Source: Octopus sinensis
Taxonomy: Eukaryota
Length of the DNA stretch: 64,000 nt
NCBI RefSeq assembly: GCF_006345805.1
Contig: NC_043015.1
Location: 17,856,001 to 17,920,000 of the forward strand
Direction: 5' to 3'
Shown: positions 12,679 through 24,187 of the stretch, piece after piece
Position numbering within the stretch: the stretch's first letter is position 1
How the letters are laid out: every line of letters starts with the position of its first letter
Program-made: the position numbers and the translations under genes
Notes under the pieces: model-generated
The model's input: the letters and a program-made list of their open reading frames with translations, nothing else
Database searches by the model: none
What the model was told of the DNA's origin: nothing

Positions 12679-14460
12679 ATTAAGGTGGAGTACTTGCGCA
12701 GACTGAGACTGATCCTTAAGTCGAAATTGAATGGACGGAATAGGATCGAAGCTATCAACACCTGGGTGGTTTCACTCCTTAGATATGGGGTACTCGCATG
12801 GACAGTAGACGAACTAAACAGCTTACACAGAAAGACAAGTGACACAGACAGACTGTATGTACCAAGAAAAAGTAACAAGACAACGATGTACGTAGGGGAA
12901 AAGGCATGGAGCATAGAAGAGCAGGTAAATGAACATTGGAGAGAACTTAAGGAAGGAAAGAGCTCATCAGTTCTGTACCAGCACGCCGAACGGGGTCTCA
13001 CTCAACAACATAGAAGTTAAAATCTTGTGTAAGCTGTTTAGTTCGTCTACTGTCCATGCGAGTACCCCATATCTAAGGAGTGAAACCACCCAGGTGTTGA
13101 TAGCTTCGATCCTATTCCGTCCATTCAATTTCGACTTAAGGATCAGTCTCAGTCTGCGCAAGTACTCCACCTTAATTTTTTTTGTCATTTCTTTCTCCAT
13201 CAATTTATCCATATCTGCTTCATAACCTCCCCCGACAGCATCATTAGCCCGTTCATACATTTGATTTTGCCTCTCTTCAAGACTAACACACCACACACTC
13301 TCAGTCCGAACTCCATTCTGATATCAGCACTGAAGGTATACACCATATCAACGAGGGAACTGACTTGGGCTTCATCTTTACCATAAAGTTTGAGGTCATC
13401 CATGAATAACAAATGGTTGATTTTTTGTTGGCGGCTTTTGAATACATACCCAGCTTTTGCTTTCCTCGGAATCAGTATTAGAGGTATCAAACACAGTACA
13501 AAGATCAACAGGGACAGGCAGTCCCCTTGGAAGATGCCCCCCCCTAATTTCTACTGTCCCTAAGCTTCTTCTGTACGCTGTCTGGTCCATCCTTCAATTC
13601 ACCATACTTTTTCCAAGCAATCACTCAACATTCGATGCAATACCAAATAGGTTCATACACTCCATAATCCAAGAGTGTGGAATCATATTGTATACCTTAC
13701 GGTAGTCAATCCATGACATGGCTAAGTTACTTTTCCTCCTCTTGCAGTTTCTAAGTACAGTTTTGTCTATCAGGAGTTGATCCTTGGTACCTCTGCACTT
13801 ACGCTTGTAACCCTCCTGCCCATGTGGCAGGACTCCATTTTTTCCAGATGTTCGTACATTGACTCAGTGAGTATTCCAGTCAATAGCTTCCACATAAGTG
13901 GCAAACAGGATATTGGCCTGTAATTGTCTACCATATTGCCTTTTTCGATGTTTTTCAGGTACAGCACTGTCCTCCCCAATGTCAATCACTCTAGCATTAT
14001 TTGGTCAGTATTTAACACGGTGTTGAGTTGCGCAGCTACTTATGCATGACATACCCCAAATCTTTTGATCCAGTAGCCTTGAACTCCATCTGGTCCTGGG
14101 GCCTTCCAGTTTTGTTGCTGATTTCCTTCACTTCCCTAACTGAAATGACTAGTTCTGCCTGTTTTGGACAGACTACTCTTTGTTTCAGTTCTTGCAACCA
14201 TTCAGCATCCTTCTTGTGCTCCTTGCCTTTGCTCCAGATGTCATTCCAAAACTTTTGACTTTCAATGTTATCTGGTATCAACTTTTCATCTGTACACTCT
14301 CCATTTATTTCTTTATAGAATCTCTTCTGATCTACTCTGAACTGAAACAGTGCCTCATTGTAAGGAAAGCGAAGATGGTAAGATACGACCAAAGAATGAA
14401 GGTTTCCACCAGAATAGGTTATTCAGAGTAGATTAGAAGAGATTCTATAAAGAAATAAAT
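12679..14460 (-). mobile_element. Degenerate, rearranged R4/Dong-like RT fragment with internal inversions
   Basis: [53 protein letters not shown]. (TAA)-rich tract at the 5' junction (14461-14535). Inverted arms 12679-12829 / 13026-13176. Confidence 0.8.
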
Positions 14461-14556
14461 CATTATTATTATCATCATTATTATTATTATTATCATTATT
14501 ATTATTATAGTTGTTGTTATTACTATTATTATTATTTGTGTTTGTATTCTTTCTGT

Positions 14557-14998
14557 TATTTTTCTATCCAGTTTTTTATTGTTGATTGAGATAATGATGG
14601 TAGCTAGGTTATGTGTTAGACTGTATCTTATTCTTATTGTTTTGTTATTGATTATCTCCCAATATTTGTTTTTCCCATTTGTAAAATGTTTGTTAATTAA
14701 ACCCAAAATATCGCGTGTTTATATGTATGTATATATATATATGTATGTATATATATATATATTATAGATATATATATATATATACTACATACATATATAT
14801 ATATATACATACATATATATATATACATACATATAAACACGCGATATTTTGGGTTTAATTAACAAACATTTTACAAATGGGAAAAACAAATATTGGGAGA
14901 TAATCAATAACAAAACAATAAGAATAAGATACAGTCTAACACATAACCTAGCTACCATCATTATCTCAATCAACAATAAAAAACTGGATAGAAAAATA
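14557..14998. repeat. Inverted duplication (~180-bp arms) centred on a (TA)n spacer
   Basis: 14557-~14740 is the reverse complement of ~14820-14998. Confidence 0.9.
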
Positions 14999-15496
14999 TA
15001 TATATATATATATAATCCAGCGTTTGCAATACTTTTTTCGTCTGGCGTTAACAGCCCTTCTTATCTTGTTCTCCTTGTCCTGTCTCTCACTGTTATATAT
15101 TTATTTTTCCACTGTTTATATATATATTTTTTACTGTTTATATGTTTGTACTGTCGTTACCGTCTTGCTTTTTTTTACCCTCTGCGAAAGATCTCAGAAT
15201 TTTAATTGATTTGCTTTTCGCAGGAAGGAAGTTTTCTTCGAAGTATACGTCTCGCTTTTATCCTTCGAAACGTTTAGTAGATGAAACCTTAGCGACTGAA
15301 GAAGGGGATTTTCGTGTGCTTATTGTCCTGTATCTCTTTTTTGCTTGTCTTGTTCCTTGGTTTGTGTCTATGTTTTTCGTCTCTCTATGTGTTCGACGTC
15401 TTTTGGTGTCCTGTACACATATATGCGTGGTATATGTACATGTAGAGGTAGGTACGTACATATATGTTTATATATATGCATATGTTCTATTTTATT

Positions 15497-15532
<36 letters not shown>

Positions 15533-15847
15533 TACGTATAATTATTATAATTATATGAAAAGAAAAAGACGAACTACTACAGTAATCGTCCCTTCTCAAC
15601 ACATGAAATATGTGTGTGCCTATGGGTATGTTTGTATGTAGTTATATATATGTGTGTGTGTGTATGTATGTATTCCTCATTTATATACCTTTTCATTCCT
15701 ACAAGACTACAATAACCTTAAGCTAGATTGATTATTTAAATTCCACTATCATTTCTCTTTTGATAATTCTCTCTTTCCTCTTTTTATACTTTCTAATAAG
15801 AATAATATAATACAGCTAATAAAAATAATAATGATTCCGTTGTATGC

Positions 15848-15905
<58 letters not shown>

Positions 15906-15909
<4 letters not shown>

Positions 15910-16029
15910 CATTATAAATGAGGGCAAATGAAAAAAAAAATTCTAATGCCAAATATGCCGAAAAATTGTCCAATTTTTCGGCATATTTGGCATTAGAATT
16001 TTTTTTTCCTTTGCCCTCATTTATGAATT
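15906..16029. repeat. Near-perfect ~124-bp palindrome with a 2-nt loop, abutting (TA)n
   Basis: ...ATGCCAAATATGCCGAAAAATTG tc CAATTTTTCGGCATATTTGGCAT... Confidence 0.9.
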
Positions 16030-16129
16030 GTTTATAAATTTAACGTTAAAGGTATTTTTTAATATGCTGGCCATTGATAAAATTTTTTTCGAGAAAATAT
16101 TTTTTCGAAAAGAATTTTATCCTCACATT

Positions 16130-16240
<111 letters not shown>

Positions 16241-16348
16241 TATATATATATATATATATATAATATTAATTAAGGGTAGAAATTGATATTTATCAATTAA
16301 GACCAGTGGTCTAGCATATTAAAAAGAATCCGAAGATTTAAATATTTA

Positions 16349-16796
16349 TATATACCAATTAAGGACTGAACACGAAAAGTGGACAGTCAACATGCTAGAT
16401 ATAGACGTCAAATCGCCATTCACCACAAAAGATTATGTTCTCAGATCAAACTCAACACAAAACCATAGCAATAAACAATAAACAAGTGAAAAATATACGA
16501 AATAAAATAATTACCCATGTACTAATTAGTTTCAGCTGTTATTTTCCGCAAGGAAAACTGCAGCCATCATCAGCATGGTCCGTTATAAATGTAATTTGCT
16601 GGACTAGATGCAGACACGATACCGAAATATCGCGTGCATGGAGTTCAGCCTATTACATTTGAATAATCTTTCAAATGCCTTTACTTTGGCGCGTTGAAAC
16701 CCGAGTTTGATCTGAGAACATAATCTTGTGGTGAATGGCGATTTGACGTCTATATCTAGCATGTTGACTGTCCATTTCGTGTTCAGTCCTTAATTG

Positions 16797-16803
<7 letters not shown>
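16349..16803. mobile_element. Short element with ~100-bp terminal inverted repeats enclosing a hammerhead motif
   Basis: Arms 16349-16453 / 16703-16803 flanked by (TA)n; hammerhead motif at 16515-16578 in the spacer. Confidence 0.6.
16515..16578 (-). ncRNA. Type I hammerhead ribozyme candidate
   Basis: Minus strand: CCATG CTGATGA t GGCTG-cag-TTTTCC ttgc GGAAAA-taa-CAGCT GAAA CTAATTAG TA CATGG. Stem I 5 bp, palindromic stem III, GUA cleavage triplet. Confidence 0.7.
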
Positions 16804-16828
<25 letters not shown>

Positions 16829-16830
16829 AT

Positions 16831-16885
<55 letters not shown>

Positions 16886-16972
16886 GTATGTAATATGTAT
16901 TTATGTATATATATGTATATGTAAAAATGTATGTATTTATATTTATATCTTAACCTTATGAACTTTCTAAAC

Positions 16973-17094
16973 TCTCTGACGAAAACCAGAGACACACCCA
17001 AATACCTTAATCTTATCTACCAAATACTTCAGTTCATTGAAGGGATGGAAGTAAAGTAGGGTGTTATGACCTCTTGGCTGAAACAGCTGTAAGA
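16973..17094 (+). ncRNA. Type I hammerhead ribozyme candidate with long stem II and 3-bp stem I
   Basis: TCT CTGACGA a AACCAGAG..ACACCC...GGGTGT..CTCTTGGCT GAAA CAGCTG TA AGA. Confidence 0.5.
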
Positions 17095-17189
17095 AACTAT
17101 TCTACTTTCTATGTTCTACATTATATATTTTAATAATTACTTGTATTTTTATATATGTAAAGCATAATCTGTTATACAGACCTAGAGTT

Positions 17190-19258
17190 ATGTGGTGGTG
17201 GAATAGTACGGTAGACAAAGCCGTTAGGGCAGAGAAACAGGCCTGGAAAGCCTGGAAGGATGGGGGTAGCAGGGAACAGTACCAGGTAGTGAGAAGAGAG
17301 GCTGGGCAGCAGGTATACAAAGCCAAGAGCGAAGCGGAAAAGAAGAAGTTTGCCAATGTCCAGAGACATGAGGACCAAAGAACTGAGGAGACCCAAAGGT
17401 GTTAGTTAAGATAATGTGTGAGAGAAAATTGTGATGTCACAGGAGAGAAATGTGTTCGAATGGATGATGGTGCCCTAGCTTTTAGTGATTCTGAAAAGAA
17501 AGAGGCTTGGAGAAGCCATTATGAAAGACTGCTGAATGTGGAGAATGAATGGGAGGAGGAGCGCCTGCCAAGTGTTGACCCAGTAGAGGGACCAGCTATC
17601 CGTATAGATAGCTTCCTAGTACACAAAACAAATAAGGGTATGAAGCTAGGAAAAGCCCCAGGCTCATCAGGAATTACTGCTGAGTGCTTAAAACATTTAG
17701 TGGTGTGAGCTATGGCCTAGTCACCCGCATTGTAAACCAGGTAGTTCATGACGGAGTCATACCCAACGACTGGCGTAGCAGCACCATAGTCAACTGCGAC
17801 AAGGGTAAAGGGGACACTCTAGATAGAAATAACTATAGGGGTATCAAATTGCTGGATCAGGTAATGAAGGTCACGGAGAGGGTCATAGCCCATCCCATCA
17901 GGGAGAGAGTCTGCATAGATGAGATGCAGTTCGGTTTTGTGCCGGGCAGAAGCACCTCTGATACCATATTCCTGGTTCGGCAACTGCAGGAGAAATACCT
18001 AGCCAAAGATAAACCCCTGTACTTAGCTTTTGTGGACGTGGAGAAAGCCTTTGACAGGGTCCCCCGATCCCTTATCTGGTGGGCAATGCGGAAAATGGAG
18101 ATTGACGAATGGGTAATAAGGGCTGTACAGGCCCTTTACAGAGAGGCTGTTAGTAAGGTTAGGATTGGCAACGAGTACAGTGAAGAATTCCAGGTAGAAG
18201 TTGGCGTCCACCAAAGCTCAGCCTTCAGTCCCCTACTATTCATCATAGTCCTCCAGGCAATAACAGAGGAGCTCCTCTATGCTGATGACCTAGCCCTCAT
18301 AGCAGAATCACTACCGGAACTAGAAAAGAAATTTCGAGTGTGGAAGCTAGGTCTAGAATCAAAAGGCCTTAGAGTCAATGTAGCAAAGACCAAAGTTCTA
18401 ATAAGTAGGAAGGCAAACTCACCACACACCCCTTCAAGTAGGTGGCCTGTTTGATCTGTAGAAAAGGTGTGGGTAGAAACTCCATAAGATGAAGCTAGCA
18501 TGAACCGCTGGATGTGTAATGTCAGTGTCCATGCACGACAGAGTGTAAACGCCCTGAGAGAAATGTTGGACATCAGAAGCATCGGATGCAGTATGCAGGA
18601 GAGACGTTTGCATTGGTATGGTCATGTACTACAGATGGATGAGGAGAGATGTGTGAAGAAGTGCCACTCCCAAACTGTTGAAGGAATCCGGAGTAGAGGT
18701 AGACCTAGGAAGACGTGGGATGAGGTGGTCAAGTATGACCTTTGAACGTTGATCCTCACAGAGGCTATGACGAAAGACTGAGACCTCTGGAGGTATGCTG
18801 TGACTTCGAAGACCCGATAAGTGAGTCCATGGCTTGCAGAATGGCCTGCTGTGCTAACCTTGGATCGTAGAGTGACCCGCTGTTCTTGAGGAGATCTAGT
18901 GAGTCAAGTACATTAACACCAATATCAAAATGAAAATCAGATGGAAATTGTAATTGTGATACCCGTGCCGGTGACACGTTAAAAGCATCATCCGAACGTG
19001 GCAGTTGCCAGCGCTGCCTGACTGGCGTCCATGTCGGGGACATGTAAAAGCACCAACCGATCGTGTCCATTTGCCAGCCTCATCTGGCCCCTGTGCCGGT
19101 GGCAGGTAAAAAGCACCCACTACACTCATGGAGTGGTTGGCGTTAGGAAGGGCATCCAGCTGTAGAAACACTGCCTGATCAGACTGGAGCCTGGTGCAGC
19201 CTCCTGGCTTCCCAGACCCCAGGGAAAACGGACGTTAAACGATGATGATGATGATGAT
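17190..19258 (+). mobile_element. RTE-clade LINE, 5'-truncated and internally deleted, with 3' UTR and (GAT)n tail
   Basis: NYRGIKLLDQVMKV, QFGFVPGRST, AFVDVEKAFDRVP, LLYADDLAL, RGRPRKTWDEVV; ends GACGTTAAAC(GAT)n. Confidence 0.9.
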
Positions 19259-19565
19259 GTGAATAATATATACTCACTCAAAATATAATATAGACATAAA
19301 CTCAAAATTATTTGTTTTGGTTGATAAGGTGTAAATATTAATTGGTATCATTCCTATATAGTTAAACTTAAATCGATTTAACAGTAAAACTAAGATGTTT
19401 TGTTTCTAAAGGAATGGGCACTTATATCATCATAAATGAAATTACTTAGAGAATACGGGTGCTTGTAACATCAATAACAAGTCTAGTTAATGTATAAGGG
19501 GAGGTAAGTATTAAATAATTACTATGTTACATTTAAATACTTAAGAAATATTAAAGTAAGTATAT

Positions 19566-19800
19566 ATCTCTATATATATAAAACTGAGAATGTGTGTCTG
19601 TCTGTCTGTTTCCCTAAAACTTGAGAACTACACATCCAATTTCATTCAAATTTTACACATGTAGTTTCATGGGCAAAAAAAAATGTTCAACTTCTTGCCT
19701 AGGGCGAGCCCATAGCAATATCATATCTTCTCCACTATTTCAGTATTACGTGTTAAAAGTGAAACAAAAACATTTCTCTATTTTATGTCAGATACTTTCA
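19566..19800 (+). mobile_element. Possible non-autonomous Helitron-like 5' fragment
   Basis: TCTCTATATATATAAAACTGAGAATGTGTGTCTGTCTGTCTG start resembles Helitron/HINE termini (motif recall only). Confidence 0.4.
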
Positions 19801-20424
19801 CTTTAACAATAAAAATTAGAGATAATAATAACAATTGAATTATATGTGGTAAGTAATAATTAAAATCAAACTAAAGTATAATATAATCGTAACATAACAA
19901 AGGTAAAAATAGCAATTGGTATAAAATTGCATCAATGACTTGAACTTGAATAAGTGGTTTCACATGAATGGGAATAAATTAAAAATAAAATTAGCGTGCA
20001 GAAATGGAATAGTCCAGATGGAGCTGTGCACATACCTTTTAGATTAGATTAGATTATCTGCTAATTAGCTAGCATTAAGTATCTATATGAAGTTTGGCTG
20101 TATGTAATCTCTGTTTTCTCAAACGACCACTTCTACTGAGTACTGCTGTTGGTTTATTTCTTATACATAAAGGATTTTAGCTTCAACTGCGTACTGCTTT
20201 TTGATTCACCGTAAGGTTTTTTGTTATTATTATTACTGTTTAACTATTGTTATCACGTTTGTTGGTTCCTTGAAAGGGAAACGTTGTTGTGTTGTATTTG
20301 TTAAATAATTGTAAACCGTAACCCTCCTCCTTTGGGAGAAAGAGATTTGGTTATTGTTTAAAAATTGAATTGTGTTTGGAGAAATTGACAATATTTTCAC
20401 CGTTTATACGGAAGCATTTTTGTT

Positions 20425-20900
20425 AAAATGTCTTCGATAAAAGAAAGTGCAAAAATGAATTTCACTGCAGCTGTCGATGGGCGCAAACTCATTAAAATGA
20501 ATCTAGGATAACACCACCAAACGAAATAAAATTAAAGAAAAGACTATTGTCTATAAAGTATACGATGTAGAGAAAAAAAAGGATTTGAACACCTGGAGGA
20601 AAGCACCATCGAAAAGTGACTTGGTGCGACTATGAAAGATATCAAGTGTCTAACCAGAGGGGGTAAATTTGCCACAATAGAAGCAAGGTTTGAGTCAACG
20701 GAGTGTGCAAGGGAGTACTCGACTCGAACCTTGCAAAGTGGAAATATTTTATTTTTACTTTTATATCTGGGACGTCCTACGTCCTAGATAAAAAATTAAA
20801 ATGTCACCCCAGAAGTAGTGGTAGGCTGGATTGTAGCCACACTTCTATACAAGAGGGAGGACAAGATACAATTGATCGAAATTCCAGTCTGTTATATATT
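20425..20900 (+). pseudogene. Decayed coding remnant, possibly ORF1-like from a non-LTR element
   Basis: Broken frame reading KTIVYKVYDVE...TRGGKFATIEARFES...LYLGRPTS.IKIKNVTPEVV; higher GC than the flanks; family not securely recognised. Confidence 0.3.
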
Positions 20901-21496
20901 TTGAGTATTGTTATCACTAGCAATATCAAGATATAACTTTGTATTTTGTATTTTATGTGTAGATGTATATATAGATGTACATGTAATATGTACACATATA
21001 TATTCACATATATACATGCACTAGCACTATGACCCGGCAATGATGGGTCATAATGCTAGTATATATATATATATGTGTGTGTGTGTGTTTACATATTTAT
21101 ATAGTTATAATTTAGCATAGATTAGAATATCAAGAACAAAAACAAATAAAGGAATTAAATAATAAATTAGTAATTAAAAGTAAAATAATTAATGTTATTA
21201 AAGCAATTGAATACATTTATAGTACTATTAGATATGTTTAGACAAGTATTGCTATGTTTACATATATATATAAATATGTGTGTGTGTGAGTGTGTGTGTG
21301 CATACACATACATCCGCACTAAAACATCCATATATAATTACTCATGCTTATCAAAAATGCACACATACTATATCTGTATATACATTTACATAGACTCGTA
21401 AACCATACATACATACACACATACATACATACACACACACACACATACACACACACACACACATATATATATATTTATTTTATTATATACATATAA

Positions 21497-21543
<47 letters not shown>

Positions 21544-21774
21544 TTCACATCCATATATATCAAAATGTGGAAATTATAATACACATAAAGTATTCACATA
21601 TTAAAGTCTAACTGCACATAGATCTCAACATATTTGAATACACTGATATGCATAAATGTGCAAATTAAGTCTACACTGGCAATAGCTATACACACCCCTT
21701 TACAAGTATAAAACCACCTTCAAATATACACATGTAATTATATGAAAATGAAATGGTAAAAGAGTAATATATGT

Positions 21775-21828
<54 letters not shown>

Positions 21829-22089
21829 GTATAAATAAAAAATAAAAATAAAATAGATAGATGCCTGAATAAATAAAAATAGAAATAAATAGATATAATA
21901 ATATGACTTCATATCATTCATTATTTTGTTATTAGTAATTTGCTAATATGGTTATTAATTAAATGTAGTTATGTGAAATAAATTGATATACATTTTATCT
22001 GTTTTATTTTTTGTTTGTAATTAGTTATGTTATTATTTTATTAATGCTACAATGTTGGCAGTATTTTATTTTATTTTTATATCCAGCAT

Positions 22090-23760
22090 TAAATAATTTC
22101 CAAAGCAATCACCTTAGATGGATAAAAATATACTAATCTCTAATATTAGTAAAAGACTAACATATCTATCTTCCAATGAAGACATGATTAATAAACATGT
22201 GCACCTCTATAATATAGCATTATTTAACACAGGATATAAAAATAAACTACTGCCAAAATTGTAACATTAATAATAATAACATAACTAATTACAAAAAAAA
22301 AATAAAACTGATAAAATTTATAATCCCATAAACAATAAACACAAAACTAGTAACCATAATATATATAAACATGAAATAGATAATGATAATAAACATAAGA
22401 TCATTTTAAATAAAATTAATATTACTAAACATAAGAATAGAAAACAAATGCTACATCAACAAATAAACCCAGAATAAATAATAAAAAAAAACAATTTATG
22501 ATTGCAAGGACTGCTACTAAGATAATAACTTATTTAATAAAAATTGTGTACACACTAATTCAATTAAATATAAACAATCTAAAATATATTACAATACACC
22601 TATAAATAATAACACTGACAAATCTAATAAAAGATGGTTTATTATTTCATATGCTATGCAAATTAAAAATAATACAGTTAAATCAATATTCAAGACTATC
22701 CATAAACACTTTAACATTAACAATATATATGATGAAATAATTAATAATAAAACTATTAATATTGGATTTAGCCTAACCCCTAACATATTTACTAACCCCT
22801 AACATATTATCATCCACAAATAATAGGAAATTAGATAAATTCTACTTAAATAGAAACACCCATAATAATAACCATATTAACCTCCCTGAATGTAAAACAC
22901 CCCTCACTAATTATAATAACCCTAGTAATTGTACCTATATAATTCTCAATAATAGAAACTTAAAAACTAATACTAAAACTACTAGCATTATTTCTTCATC
23001 TAACAAAAAAGCACATAATAATACTTATGATAATTGTGATTGTAAGGTTAAAAATAATTGGGTTTTTTTTTTAAGAATTCATGTAAAAGAAAACAATGTC
23101 AATATACAGTTATAACTCAAGGTAAGAAAAAACATACTTATATTGCTTCAACAGAGAATACAATTAAGAAACGTGTCATGAACCACAAACATACTTTTAG
23201 GAATAGAAAGAAAACTAATTCTACTGGAGTAAGTAAATTCGTTTGGGAATTGAAAGATAACAATACTGAATTTGATCTTAAATGGGATATAAGTGCTTCT
23301 GCACCAGCTTACAAAGTCAATAATAAAAACGTCTTCTCTGTATAACAGAGGCATTCTATATTCTTTTGTCAAGGAATACCCTATTTAACCTAAGAAATGA
23401 GAAAAGTATTTCCTGTGTTCATGAGGGAGAATATGTATCTTCCAAATTTAAATAATTGATTTGTTGTCTCTCACTATATTTGTACACCCCACTAATGCCT
23501 AGCTCCACTACTATTATTGAATTTTACGAAGACAACATTAAAAATAGTTTATATTTGTATAACAAAAGCAGTATTTATCCTTTTATCCAAGAATACCGTA
23601 TTCGATCTTTGAAATGAGAAAAGTATTCCATTTATTCACGTGGAAATATAAGTATCTTCCAAATTTAATTATTATTTCGTTCACTAGAATTAATTTATTA
23701 TCTCCCTCACTAGATTGCTTGTACACACCCTTCTAATCCCTAGCTACACTATTAATTATA
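22090..23760 (+). mobile_element. Penelope-like fragments: RT C-terminus, GIY-YIG and directly repeated 3' end
   Basis: ISKRLTYLSSNEDMINKH (~22130-22240); TYIASTENTIKKRVMNHKHTFRN...SKFVWELKD (23058-23345); ~23335-23520 repeated in diverged form at ~23545-23755. Confidence 0.75.
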
Positions 23761-24094
23761 TATGGATGTTTTAGTGCGGACATATGTGTATGTACATATA
23801 TATATTTATATATATATGTATACAAAGGGCCAACCTTAAGCCAAATGGATTGATAGCTCCCAATCGGTCTCCATGCTGAAGGGGGCCCCACGCTCAAGAG
23901 GGTCACATTTCATAAAGGTAGTTTCCCTGAAGTCTTTTAAAAAATCTACAATGTCTTTCAGAAAAATAGAAAAACATACTTTCTACACTTTAGCAACATG
24001 AGATATCAGAAGATAAACCCATTCATCCAAAACTGCTCAGGTCAGCCACTGAATTTAAAGAAATTTATTGTACTTTTTGTGTATTTTATGCACA

Positions 24095-24183
<89 letters not shown>

Positions 24184-24187
<4 letters not shown>

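Noticed and set aside
15255-15310. Permuted (type II) hammerhead TCCTTC-GAAA...CTGAAGA-AGGGGA
   Set aside because: The intervening sequence cannot form stem I and stem III is weak.
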